Of a stretch of DNA of 64,000 nt, positions 1 to 9,037 are shown one piece after another. The first letter of the stretch is position 1. Every line of letters starts with the position of its first letter. A program made the position numbers and the translations under genes. The notes beneath the pieces were generated by a model. That model had not been told where the DNA came from. It was given only the letters and a program-made list of their open reading frames with translations, and did not search any database. The DNA lies in NCBI GenBank assembly GCA_030740155.1, contig JASLXV010000025.1, positions 63,930 through 127,929 on the forward strand. Reading direction: 5' to 3'. The stretch comes from Dehalococcoidia bacterium. Lineage in GTDB: Bacteria > Chloroflexota > Dehalococcoidia > Lucifugimonadales > UBA3495.

Positions 1-1
1 T

Positions 2-670
2 CCTCACCCCGATGACGCTGAGTTCTGGTGCGCTGGGACCGTCGCTTGGTGGGTCAGCCAGGGAGCGTCGGTTTGCTACGTTTTGTGCACCGACGGCGAC
101 AAAGGCAGCAGCAATCCCCACGCTACTTCCCAGGAACTGGCGCCGGCCCGGGAGCGGGAGCAAAGGGAAGCCGCCCGAATATTGGGAGTGGAGGAAGTGG
201 TGACGCTGCACCGCCCCGATGGAGAACTCGAAGACACCAGAGATTTTCGCCGGGAGATCGTTCGCCAGATTCGGCGGGTCCGGCCCGAGCTGGTGCTGTG
301 CCCGGAGCCGTACCGCAGGAACCTGGCCTGGCACCGGGACCACCGGATAGCCGGCCAGGTCACGCTGGACGCGGTCTTTCCCTGGGCCCGGGATCACCTG
401 CATTTTCAGGAGCTTTGGGAGGAAGAGGGGCTGGAGCCTCATAAGACGGGCACGATCCTATTTTGGGGCGCCGAGCAACCCGATACCCACATTAACATAA
501 GCGATACGATTGACCTGAAGATTCAGGCGGTGCTGGCCCATCAGAGCCAGATGACGAATCGCACCGAACCCGAACTTCGGGAGTTCGTCAAGAATTGGGC
601 CAAGACCGCCGGGGCGGACCAGGAGTACACCTACGCGGAAGCCTTCCGCAAGCTCACCTTTCGGGCCTAG
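2..670 (+). CDS. PIG-L/LmbE family de-N-acetylase (5' truncated by window edge)
   Basis: Frame open from base 2: PHPDDAE motif, CTDGDKGS, R.REQ.EAA.ILG, HRDH metal-binding motif, HQSQ, C-terminal AEAF. Confidence 0.9.
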   Translation, partial: PHPDDAEFWCAGTVAWWVSQGASVCYVLCTDGDKGSSNPHATSQELAPAREREQREAARILGVEEVVTLHRPDGELEDTRDFRREIVRQIRRVRPELVLCPEPYRRNLAWHRDHRIAGQVTLDAVFPWARDHLHFQELWEEEGLEPHKTGTILFWGAEQPDTHINISDTIDLKIQAVLAHQSQMTNRTEPELREFVKNWAKTAGADQEYTYAEAFRKLTFRA

Positions 671-705
671 TTCTAATGACTTGTAAATGGTTTGATACCC
701 AGTCC

Positions 706-770
706 GTCATCCCGGCGAAGGCCGGGGTCCACCTGACGCTTCTCTGGATTCCGGCCTTCGCCGGAAAGAC
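706..770. repeat. REP-like palindromic repeat (GTCATCCCGGCGAAGGCCGG...CCGGCCTTCGCCGGAAAGAC)
   Basis: Two inverted copies of a ~25-nt palindromic unit; near-identical copies at 13011 and 47055. Confidence 0.8.
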
Positions 771-1045
771 GGGTGTGGTGGGAGAATATCGCTCGCTTTC
801 GCCGATGTAGAGCTATTTACGGACAGGACACTGGATTCTCCTCCGCCGCTTCATTGCGGGTAGTAGCAGCCTGGGTCTGACCGGCGGCAAGCATTCGAAT
901 CGGCTGCTAAGCCGGAAGCCGGTTTCCGCGACCCTTCTGAAACCCCCGGTGATAGCCTCGTGCACTCTCGGGGGCCGGGCTTGGCCAGCGAAGCATCTGC
1001 TACAATTGAATCTTAGAGCCTGCATCCACTGTGTTTGGAAGGTAT

Positions 1046-2743
1046 ATGCACCCAGCCCCACCTATCAAGTTTCACCGACCGATGGCGTTACTGGTCCTCG
1101 TCCCTCTGCTCTTTGTTCTGGCTTGCGGAACCTCCGGCGAAGCCGTCGAGCCCGAAGACGAGCTTGGGCAAGTGTGGGAAGCCTGGCGGCAGATCAACGG
1201 GGCCGAGGCGAGCCCAGACAGCGCGGCAAAACCGGATCCGGACGCGGTGGTGGGCAGCACCCTCCGGAGCTTGCTGGACGAGGCCGGCGTGCTTTCCTAT
1301 CCCTTTCTCACCGATGTGGGACGCCTGCGGGGCCAGGTGCCGCCCGAAGTTCCGGATGAGTTGGCCGATGTGTGGCGGGCGTTGGTCCTGCACCAGGATC
1401 GGTGGCCGGAGGTTGAACGGTCCGAATTGGTCCAAACCACCATCTTGGCAATGAACGAGGCTGCTGGGACCGGGGATGAAACCGGGCTGGTGTGGGAGGC
1501 CTGGCGGCGAATCGACGAGTCTTATGCGGGGACGGAGGACCTGGACCCCGACGGGGCGGTCAGCGGCGCGATCCGAGGCCTGCTGGAGCTGAGCGACGCC
1601 GGGCCCTATCCCTTTCTGGCCGACGTGGGCCGGATGTGGGACCGGGTTCCCTCGGGCGTTCCCGACGAACTGGCCGACCTCTGGCGCGGATTGGCCTTGT
1701 ACCAGGAGCGTTGGCCGGAGGTCGAGCGGTCCGATTCGGTCGAAGCCGCCATCTCTGGTATGGTGGCCGGCCTGGGAGACCCGGCGGCCGCCTTCTTCGA
1801 CGCCGATTCCTACGCGGAGGCCCGGAATGCCCTGGACGAAAGTCTGAAGGGTAGCTACCCCGGCATCGGCGCCAGGGTGGTGGACCAGGACGGCCAGATT
1901 CTGATGTTCCCGTTTCCGGATACCCCGGCGGAGAGTGCCGGGCTCGAAGCGGGCGACGTGCTGCTGGAGATTGAAGGGGAACCGGTAGGCGGGAAGACCG
2001 TGCAAGAAGTGGTGGATCAAGTGGCCGGACCCCAGGGGACCAAGGTCAGGCTGCTGGTCGAGCGATCGGGGGAGCCGGAACCCCTCGAACTTAACGTGTT
2101 CCGGGGAACCATAGATTTGCCTTCAGTCTCCACCCAGTTGGCGCCCGGTGGAATTGGGTACGTCTACATCTCCCGGTTCCTGGACAACACTGGCGAACAG
2201 GTATTTGAGGCCCTTGAAAATCTCATGCAGTACGACATGCTGGCCTTGATCCTGGACCTACGGACCAATTCAGGCGGATCGGCGGAAGCGGCAGCAGATG
2301 TCGCCGGACAGTTCGTGGCGCCGGGCAGCGTATTCTTGAACTTGGAGGACCGGCGCGGTGACCGGCGGGAACAGCGCATCCCAGAGGACATGGACCGCCT
2401 GGAGCTGGAGCAACTGTCGATGGTGGTGCTGGTGGATGAGGCTACTATCGGAGAGGCCGAGGCCCTGGCCGCGGTGCTGCAAGAGACCGGTCGCGCCGTG
2501 CTCATGGGCGCTGGCACCTTCGGCAGCATAGGAACCTACAGCTTCGTCGAACTCAGCGATGGCTCGGCGGTCTACCTTCCCACCGCCCGGTGGTATACCC
2601 CTGCGGGCAACCTTCTTGGGACCGAGGGTGTCCAGCCGGACGTGACAGTTCTCTATGACCCGGAAGCCGGGGGAGTTAGCGGTGAGAGCCAGTTCAACCG
2701 GGCCTACGGCTTCCTCAACGACCAGCTACCGCCCTTTCGTTAG
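1046..2743 (+). CDS. S41 (CtpA-like) peptidase-family lipoprotein with PDZ domain; catalytic residues apparently lost
   Basis: Lipobox VLAC; GIGA, PA..AGL..GD PDZ signature; LILDLRTNSGG; WYTP.G..L...GV.PD. Start uncertain (1046 or 1082). Confidence 0.85.
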   Translation: MHPAPPIKFHRPMALLVLVPLLFVLACGTSGEAVEPEDELGQVWEAWRQINGAEASPDSAAKPDPDAVVGSTLRSLLDEAGVLSYPFLTDVGRLRGQVPPEVPDELADVWRALVLHQDRWPEVERSELVQTTILAMNEAAGTGDETGLVWEAWRRIDESYAGTEDLDPDGAVSGAIRGLLELSDAGPYPFLADVGRMWDRVPSGVPDELADLWRGLALYQERWPEVERSDSVEAAISGMVAGLGDPAAAFFDADSYAEARNALDESLKGSYPGIGARVVDQDGQILMFPFPDTPAESAGLEAGDVLLEIEGEPVGGKTVQEVVDQVAGPQGTKVRLLVERSGEPEPLELNVFRGTIDLPSVSTQLAPGGIGYVYISRFLDNTGEQVFEALENLMQYDMLALILDLRTNSGGSAEAAADVAGQFVAPGSVFLNLEDRRGDRREQRIPEDMDRLELEQLSMVVLVDEATIGEAEALAAVLQETGRAVLMGAGTFGSIGTYSFVELSDGSAVYLPTARWYTPAGNLLGTEGVQPDVTVLYDPEAGGVSGESQFNRAYGFLNDQLPPFR

Positions 2744-2970
2744 CCCAGCCTCCTGGCAACTCAGGCAAGCGTAGGCATCCCGGTTCGTCGGCAGGATGTC
2801 GCCGGCCACGTTCCGTTTCCGCCGGCACACGGAGCAGACGACGGTTTCGAGGGACTCCGTTTTCCTCGACGCCGTCTCTGCTCCGCAGATCCCCTGGTAA
2901 TCGGGGTTGGCCTGCTTCAGCCGCTGGTAGCGCTCCAGGTCCTTCCGGCGGCTCGCCGTTGTTTCCCCAT
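2726..2970 (-). pseudogene. Frameshifted small Zn-ribbon ORF (CSVC...CLSC) immediately downstream of rplL
   Basis: ATG at 2970 gives MGKQRRA; the neighbouring frame reads RRKDLERYQRLKQANPDYQG...CSVCRRKRNV...AYACLSCQEAG to TAG at 2726-2728. Confidence 0.45.
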
Positions 2971-2993
2971 GGGCTGGAGTGCGGCCCGGGTGG

Positions 2994-3377
2994 CTAGCTT
3001 ACCTCGACGACGGCGCCGGCCTCTTCTAATTTGCCCTTGATGGATTCGGCTTCGTCCTTAACCACGGCCTCTTTGACCTTGGTGGGGGCGGCCTCCACCA
3101 GTTCCTTGGCTTCGCGCAGCCCGAGTGAGGTGACTTCGCGAACGGCCTTGATGACGTTGATCTTGTTGGGCCCTATCTCCTTGATGGTCACGTCGAACTC
3201 GGTCTGCTCTTCCTCTTCGGGAGCGGCGTCTCCGCCGGCAGCAGCGCCGGGGGCAGCCGCCGCGGCCACCGGGGCCACCGCGATCGGGCCAAACACATCC
3301 TCCAGAGCCTTGTTCAAATCGGCAAGCTCCAGAACGGTCATGCTTTTGATAGCTTCTACAATTTCCTCTTTACTCAC
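2994..3377 (-). CDS. rplL: 50S ribosomal protein L7/L12
   Basis: [49 protein letters not shown] start with AGGAGG SD. Confidence 0.98.
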   Translation of the reverse strand: MSKEEIVEAIKSMTVLELADLNKALEDVFGPIAVAPVAAAAAPGAAAGGDAAPEEEEQTEFDVTIKEIGPNKINVIKAVREVTSLGLREAKELVEAAPTKVKEAVVKDEAESIKGKLEEAGAVVEVS

Positions 3378-3566
3378 GGACCCTCCTTTTTTTCGGCCGG
3401 GCATTCCCGGTGTTGAGTGCATAGTTTACGAGGTTTCAAGAAACCTGCGCTTACCCCGGAAAGGTTCTTGGAGACACACCACGCTGCGGCGGAGGGAGCG
3501 GCCTCAAGAAAACCTTGCGGGAACGCGGGTTCATATTCGAATCAAGATATCTTGTGGGCGGAACCT

Positions 3567-4106
3567 CTAGCCATCGGATTCGGTGGATTCAAGGTGCCGG
3601 ATTCTGGCTTGTAGCATCGCGCTGAAGTTCACGATGGGGCTGTTGAGCACGACCATCAGGCGCTGGATCGGCGATTGCAACTGAGCCATCATGGCGGCCA
3701 CAAGCTGAGGCTTGCCAGGCAAGGCGGCCAGGCGGGCTACCTCTGCCGGCGCCATCGCCGGGCCGTCACCCATGACTGCTCCGCGGATCGCCAGCACCGT
3801 TCGGGTGGTGCGAATGTAGTCGGCGAGGATCTTGGCAACCACCAGGGGATCGTCGTAGCCGAAGGCAACGGCAGTTGGTCCTTGGACGATCTCTTTTACC
3901 TGGGGGCGGCTCGCCGCCTCGGCGGCCAGGTCCATCAGAGTGTTCTTCACCACGGTGAACTCCACTCCGGAGGCTCGCATGCGCCGCCGCAACTCGGTCA
4001 TCTCGTTGACCGAAATGCCGGTGTAATCGGCGGTCACCGCTATGGTGCACCGCTCAAGCTTTTCAGCAAGGGCGCTCACTCGGTCGATTTTTTGCTCGGT
4101 CGGCAA
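3567..4106 (-). CDS. rplJ: 50S ribosomal protein L10
   Basis: DYTGISV..MTELRR, VVKNTL, GPTAVAF, LAALP; position between rplA and rplL. Confidence 0.97.
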   Translation of the reverse strand: MPTEQKIDRVSALAEKLERCTIAVTADYTGISVNEMTELRRRMRASGVEFTVVKNTLMDLAAEAASRPQVKEIVQGPTAVAFGYDDPLVVAKILADYIRTTRTVLAIRGAVMGDGPAMAPAEVARLAALPGKPQLVAAMMAQLQSPIQRLMVVLNSPIVNFSAMLQARIRHLESTESDG

Positions 4107-4132
4107 ACTGGTCCCCCCTTTATCTGCAATTC

Positions 4133-4256
4133 ACAAAAAAACCGCGCCCAAGTCGAGGCGCGGAGAGCAAAGATAGCCCTTTTCAGGCTTTGCTGCGCCT
4201 CGGCGGGCGTTTGACTGTCTTTAGCCCCGCCGGTGGCGGGGACCCGCGGTCTACGG
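4133..4256 (-). promoter_or_regulatory. Ribosomal protein L10 leader (autoregulatory RNA) with terminator-like end
   Basis: Minus strand CCGTAGACCGCGGGT...TAAA...CCCGCCGAGG followed by CCGCGCCTC/GGGGCGCGG hairpin and TTTTTT, upstream of rplJ. Confidence 0.75.
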
Positions 4257-4292
4257 CTTCGGTGTGGTTGTTGGTTTGTTTTCGACTCTTGG

Positions 4293-5009
4293 CTACTCCG
4301 TGGGCTTCAGGGCCTGGAGGCCGCTCAGGTCCAGGGCAACACCCGGCCCCATCGATGAGGTGAGAAAGGCCGATCGCAGGAACGAGCCCTTGACCGCCGA
4401 GGGCTTGGCCCGAAGTATCGAGTCCATCAGCGTCGCCAGGTTTTCCAACAGGCGGCCGGCTTCGAAGCTTGCCTTGCCGATGGGGCTGTGGATAATCGCC
4501 GTTCGGTCGGTCCGGTACTCCAGGCGGCCGGCCTTGGCTTCTTTGATGACCCTGGGCAGGTCCTGGGGTTGGACCATGGTACCGGACCGGGGGTTCGGCA
4601 TCAATCCGCTACGTCCCAAGATGCGCCCCAGCTTGCCGATCTTGGGCATGACCTGGGGTACTGCCAGACCAACGTCGAACTCCATCCAGCCGCCCTCGAT
4701 CTTCTCGATCAGGTCGTCCTCGCCAACGAAGTCGGCTCCGGCTTGCCGGGCGATTTCCATGGAGTCGCTGCCGGTGAATACCAGCACCCGCACCGGTTTC
4801 CCCAGCCCGTGGGGCAACACCGTCACGCCCCGCACCATTTGGTCGGCGTGGCGAGGGTCGGCGTTGGTTCGCAGATGGATCTCAACGGTCTCATCGAACT
4901 TGGCGGTGGCCAGTTTCTTCACGAGTTCGATGGCCTCCTGGGGCTGATGGAGGCCATCCTCCGGCACCAGTTCGGCTACCGCGCCATATCTTCGGCTGTG
5001 CTTTACCAT
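4293..5009 (-). CDS. rplA: 50S ribosomal protein L1
   Basis: AKFDETVE, ADQMVRG..VLPHGLGK, GLMPNPRSGT, SSMGPGV; start reassigned to MVKHSRRY. Confidence 0.98.
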   Translation of the reverse strand: MVKHSRRYGAVAELVPEDGLHQPQEAIELVKKLATAKFDETVEIHLRTNADPRHADQMVRGVTVLPHGLGKPVRVLVFTGSDSMEIARQAGADFVGEDDLIEKIEGGWMEFDVGLAVPQVMPKIGKLGRILGRSGLMPNPRSGTMVQPQDLPRVIKEAKAGRLEYRTDRTAIIHSPIGKASFEAGRLLENLATLMDSILRAKPSAVKGSFLRSAFLTSSMGPGVALDLSGLQALKPTE

Positions 5010-5037
5010 ACTTGATCCTTGTGGGCCACGACGGCAG

Positions 5038-5466
5038 CTAGTCCCCTTCGACCTTGATTCCCATGCTGCGGGCAGTGCCTTCAATAATGGACATTGCAGC
5101 CTCCACGGAGGAGGCGTTCAAATCCGTGGCTTTTGCTTCGGCTATTTCTTTGAGGGCCTTCCGGCTGATTGTGCCCACAGGTCCCTGCCTGGCTTCGGTG
5201 GCACCTTTCTCGACAGACGCCGCCTTGCGCAACAGGTCGGAAGCGGGCGGGGTGCGAGTTACGAAGCTGAATGAACGGTCCTCGAATACGGTGAGGTGCA
5301 CCGGAACGATCGTACCGCTCTTGTCCGCGGTGCGAGAATTATACTCTTTGACGAAGCCCATGATGTTGACGCCATGCTGGCCCAACGCGGGACCCACCGG
5401 AGGTGCGGGTGTCGCCTTTCCCGCCTCCAACTGCAGCTTGATTATCGCTCGTACCTTTTTGGCCAC
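5038..5466 (-). CDS. rplK: 50S ribosomal protein L11
   Basis: [32 protein letters not shown]. Confidence 0.99.
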   Translation of the reverse strand: MAKKVRAIIKLQLEAGKATPAPPVGPALGQHGVNIMGFVKEYNSRTADKSGTIVPVHLTVFEDRSFSFVTRTPPASDLLRKAASVEKGATEARQGPVGTISRKALKEIAEAKATDLNASSVEAAMSIIEGTARSMGIKVEGD

Positions 5467-5475
5467 CGTTCGCTC

Positions 5476-6054
5476 CTAAATGCGTTCGACCTGCAGGAAA
5501 TCCAGCTCCACCGGGGTTTCCCTTCCGAAGAAGGAGACCAGGACCCGTACTTTGCCCTTGCCCTCATCGACATCGCTGATGGAGCCGATGAAATCAACAA
5601 ACGGTCCTTCGGTGATGCGCACTGTTTCGCCCCTTTCCAGGCCGATCTTGATGCGCGTTGTTCCGGATTCCACCTGCTTGAGAATGCCTTCTATCTGCTT
5701 GTCTTCCAGGGGCACCGGTTTGGGCCGTTTGTCGGATTCGTCTTCGGTCGAGACGAACCCGGTCACCCCCGGGGTATTGCGGACCGCGTACCAGCTTTCG
5801 TCATCCATGGACATCTGGACCAGGATGTAGCCAGGGAACAGCTTTCGCCGCTCCGAGCGCCTTTTGCCGTCCTTGAACACCACCTCTTCTTCGGTGGGCA
5901 CCAGCACCTCGAGGATGCGGTCCTGCATGTCGAGGCTCTGAATTCTCAACTTGAGGTTCTTCTCGACCAGGTCTTCCTGCCCGGAATAGGTGTGCACGAT
6001 GTACCACCTGGGGGCAGAACTCTCGGTTGTTTGAGGATCGTTGGTCGTGGTCAT
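5476..6054 (-). CDS. nusG: Transcription termination/antitermination factor NusG
   Basis: WYIVHTYSGQE, FPGYILV, VRNTPGVTGFV, KOW GPF..F.G, FGRETPVELDF. Confidence 0.98.
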   Translation of the reverse strand: MTTTNDPQTTESSAPRWYIVHTYSGQEDLVEKNLKLRIQSLDMQDRILEVLVPTEEEVVFKDGKRRSERRKLFPGYILVQMSMDDESWYAVRNTPGVTGFVSTEDESDKRPKPVPLEDKQIEGILKQVESGTTRIKIGLERGETVRITEGPFVDFIGSISDVDEGKGKVRVLVSFFGRETPVELDFLQVERI

Positions 6055-6109
6055 GATGGCGAATCCGCAGCCGCGTTGTTGGCAACCCACGCTGGCATTT
6101 TCGGGATGG

Positions 6110-6352
6110 TTAGCCTATAAGCACGAATCTGTCGAAGGTCTCTTTCAATATCCGGTCAAGCCCCCCCAGGAAGAAGCCCATGACGAACGATAAGGCGATG
6201 ACCACCATGGTGAGCCGCGCCGTTTCCTCGCGGCTGGGCCAGACTGACTTCCGCAGTTCGGATGCGGTTTCCCGGAGGAAGGCCACCGGGCTCACGCGTC
6301 CGGCGGCGCCCGAAGAGGCGATCCTGGGGCTACGAGTCGAACTCCTGGCCAT
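6110..6352 (-). CDS. secE: Preprotein translocase subunit SecE
   Basis: FLRE..SELRKSVWPSREE followed by one TM helix; between rpmG and nusG. Confidence 0.95.
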   Translation of the reverse strand: MARSSTRSPRIASSGAAGRVSPVAFLRETASELRKSVWPSREETARLTMVVIALSFVMGFFLGGLDRILKETFDRFVLIG

Positions 6353-6358
6353 GAGGGA

Positions 6359-6529
6359 CTACCTCACTTCCCGATGAGAGGTATGGTTGCGGCAGCGGGA
6401 GCAGTATTTTCGCAGCTCCAGCCGCTGGGGATCGTTGCGCCGGTTCTTGACGGAGGTGTAGTTACGCTCCCGGCAATCGCCGCATTGCAACGTGATTATC
6501 AGTCGGACATCTGCTGTCTTTCTGGCCAT
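6359..6529 (-). CDS. rpmG: 50S ribosomal protein L33 (Zn-ribbon, C+ type); missing from the ORF track
   Basis: Translated by hand: [56 protein letters not shown]. Confidence 0.97.
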   Translation of the reverse strand: MARKTADVRLIITLQCGDCRERNYTSVKNRRNDPQRLELRKYCSRCRNHTSHREVR

Positions 6530-6532
6530 TTC

Positions 6533-7717
6533 TTAGTCCAACAGTTTGGTGAATACGCCGGCGCCCACCGTTCGGCCGCCTTCTCGAATGGCGAAGCGTA
6601 GGCCTTCCTCAATGGCGATTGGTGAGATCAGCTTGATGGTCATTTGAATGTTGTCGCCGGGCATGACCATTTCCACCCCTTCCGGCAGAATGACCTCCCC
6701 GGTGATGTCGCTGGTCCGGATGTAGAACTGGGGTTTGTAGCCGGGGAAGAAGGGCGTATGACGTCCGCCTTCCTCGCGGCTGAGCACGTACACCTCGGCG
6801 TGGGCTTCCTTGTGAGGCCGCATCGAGCCGGGCGCTACGAGCACCTGGCCCCGCTCCACCTCATCCCGGTCCACGCCGCGAAGCAGTATCCCCACGGCAT
6901 CGCCGGCTTCGGTGTAGTCGAGCGTCTTGTGGAACATCTCCAAGCCGGTGGCCACGGTTTCACGTACGTCGCCGAACCGGATGATCTCCACCGGAGAGCC
7001 CTGCTTGAGCTGTCCGCGCTCTACCCGGCCCGTGACCACGGTTCCGCGGCCCTTGATGCCGAACACGTCCTCAATGGGCATCAGGAACGGCCGGTCGGTG
7101 ACCCGAGTGGGGATCGGAATATAGTCGTCCATGGTCTGCACCAGTTTCAGGATACCCTCTTCGGCTTCTGAGTCACCTTCGACTGCCTTGAGGGCGCTGA
7201 CCCGGACGATGGGCGTGTCGTCGCCGGGGAATTCGTAGCGGTCGAGAAGTTCTCGAACTTCCATCTCCACCAGCTCCAGCAGTTCTTCATCGTCCATCAT
7301 GTCGCATTTATTCAGGGCGACCAAGATGCGGGGGACTTCCACCTGGCGAGCCAGTAGGATGTGCTCCCGGGTCTGAGGCATCGGGCCGTCGGGAGCGCTG
7401 ACCACCAGAACAGCGCCGTCCATCTGAGCCGCGCCGGTGATCATGTTTTTGATGTAGTCAGCGTGCCCCGGGCAGTCCACGTGGGCATAGTGCCGGGTTT
7501 CTGTCTGGTACTCCACGTGGGCGATGGCGATAGTCACACCACGGGCTTTCTCTTCGGGCGCATTGTCGATGCTGTCCAAAGAGCGGGCGCTTGCCAACCC
7601 TTTCTTTGCGAGCACTTGAGTGATGGCAGATGTCAGAGTGGTCTTACCATGGTCCACGTGACCGATGGTACCCACATTTACGTGCGGTTTGGACCGGTCA
7701 TATAGCTGCTTGGCCAT
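6533..7717 (-). CDS. tuf: Elongation factor Tu
   Basis: [34 protein letters not shown]. Confidence 0.99.
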   Translation of the reverse strand: MAKQLYDRSKPHVNVGTIGHVDHGKTTLTSAITQVLAKKGLASARSLDSIDNAPEEKARGVTIAIAHVEYQTETRHYAHVDCPGHADYIKNMITGAAQMDGAVLVVSAPDGPMPQTREHILLARQVEVPRILVALNKCDMMDDEELLELVEMEVRELLDRYEFPGDDTPIVRVSALKAVEGDSEAEEGILKLVQTMDDYIPIPTRVTDRPFLMPIEDVFGIKGRGTVVTGRVERGQLKQGSPVEIIRFGDVRETVATGLEMFHKTLDYTEAGDAVGILLRGVDRDEVERGQVLVAPGSMRPHKEAHAEVYVLSREEGGRHTPFFPGYKPQFYIRTSDITGEVILPEGVEMVMPGDNIQMTIKLISPIAIEEGLRFAIREGGRTVGAGVFTKLLD

Positions 7718-7745
7718 TTGGGCCTCCTCCCTGTGTTGGTGAAGC

Positions 7746-7820
7746 TGGAGCCCAGAGGCGGGATTGAACCGCCGACCCCGTTCTTACCAAGAACGTGCTC
7801 TACCGCTGAGCTATCTGGGC
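7746..7820 (-). tRNA. tRNA-Thr(GGT)
   Basis: GCCCAGATAGCTCAGCGGTAGAGCAC GTTCTT-GGT-AAGAAC GGGGTCGGCGGTTCAATCCCGCCTCTGGGCTCCA cloverleaf with encoded CCA. Confidence 0.97.
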
Positions 7821-7877
7821 GGGTTGCGAAAGCAACCGGCATTCAACTCGGTACGTGCTATTAAAGATTACCACAAT

Positions 7878-7965
7878 TGGTGGAGGGGGTAGGATTCGAA
7901 CCTACGAAGCCCTTCCGGACGCCAGATTTACAGTCTGGTGGCTTTAACCACTCACCCACCCCTCC
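7878..7965 (-). tRNA. tRNA-Tyr(GTA)
   Basis: GGAGGGG...CCAGACT-GTA-AATCTGG, long variable arm, GGTTCGAATCC, ends ACCA. Confidence 0.97.
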
Positions 7966-8044
7966 AGGGTTTGGGCAGTCCTCCCTTCCGTTGACCGCGC
8001 CACCGGGCACGGTACTCCAGAGTAGGGAAGCGAGTCTCCAAGAG

Positions 8045-8116
8045 AGCCCCAGAGGGGAATCGAACCCCTAACCTGTCGATTACAAATCGACTGCGCTACC
8101 TTTGCGCCACAGGGGC
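8045..8116 (-). tRNA. tRNA-Thr(TGT), CCA not encoded
   Basis: GCCCCTGTGGCGCAAAGGTAGCGCA GTCGATT-TGT-AATCGAC AGGTTAGGGGTTCGATTCCCCTCTGGGGCT. Confidence 0.93.
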
Positions 8117-8200
8117 ATCAAGGGCGCTGGGTGGTAGACACACTACAAATGGCCCCGTATGCTTGGGGCCATTTCATCGGGACCACCTTGCTGAGTCCAC

Positions 8201-8229
8201 ATTATATGAAATGGACTGGGGAAAGTCAA
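8201..8229 (-). promoter_or_regulatory. Sigma70-type promoter of the tRNA-tuf operon
   Basis: TTGACT-17 nt-TATAAT on the minus strand. Confidence 0.8.
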
Positions 8230-8314
8230 TTGGTTTGAAGGTGGCCCACGCCCGAAAACCGTAGGCCGATTTCCTCACAATGTGACCGACAATGTGACCG
8301 GTAAAATGGGCAGC

Positions 8315-8343
8315 TTGACGCCGCCCGTAGCTTATTCTACACT
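8315..8343 (+). promoter_or_regulatory. Sigma70-type promoter of apt
   Basis: TTGACG-17 nt-TACACT. Confidence 0.65.
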
Positions 8344-8405
8344 CGTCGCTAGGCCGTGCGCGGTCAGGAACAACCCGGTGTCAGTCCCCTTGGGGAGTTA
8401 GTCAA

Positions 8406-8918
8406 ATGGAGTTGAAGGCCTTTATCCGAGACGTGCCCGATTTTCCGGAAGCAGGGATCCTGTTCCGGGACATCACTCCGCTGCTGCTCGATGCCGGCGC
8501 GTTCAAGTACGCCATCGACCAGTTGGTGGAGCGCTTCAAGGCCGAGCAGTTGGACGTGATCGTCGGAATCGAGTCCCGGGGATTCCTGTTCGGTGCGCCG
8601 TTGGCCTACCAGTTGGGCAAGCCGTTCGTGCCGGTGCGGAAGCCTGGGAAGTTGCCGGCCGCCACCCATACGGCAGAGTACACCCTGGAATACGGCAGCG
8701 ACGCCATGCAGATCCACGTCGACGGCATCGGCTCCGGCCAGCGCGTGTTGGTGCTGGACGACCTGCTCGCCACCGGAGGCACCCTGGACGCGACGGTCCG
8801 GTTGGTGGAAATGTCGGGCGGTGTGATCGGCGCGATCGGCGTCATCATCGAGCTGACCCAATTGGACGGGCGGGGGCGTCTGGCCGGCTACGACGTGTTC
8901 TCGCTGTTACAGTACTGA
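8406..8918 (+). CDS. apt: Adenine phosphoribosyltransferase
   Basis: IRDVPDFPEAGILFRDITPLL, GIESRGF, RKPGKLP, YTLEYG, PRPP motif VLDDLLATGGT. Confidence 0.98.
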   Translation: MELKAFIRDVPDFPEAGILFRDITPLLLDAGAFKYAIDQLVERFKAEQLDVIVGIESRGFLFGAPLAYQLGKPFVPVRKPGKLPAATHTAEYTLEYGSDAMQIHVDGIGSGQRVLVLDDLLATGGTLDATVRLVEMSGGVIGAIGVIIELTQLDGRGRLAGYDVFSLLQY

Positions 8919-9037
8919 GCGGGATCAGGGCGTCCCGGGATCCTTGCTCGGTTCTCGTTTCTTCTTCTTTTTCGATCCGGCTGGGCCGTCCCCATTTGAG
9001 GGATTCTCAGTACTCAGACTGATCCAAGGAGGGAGCC

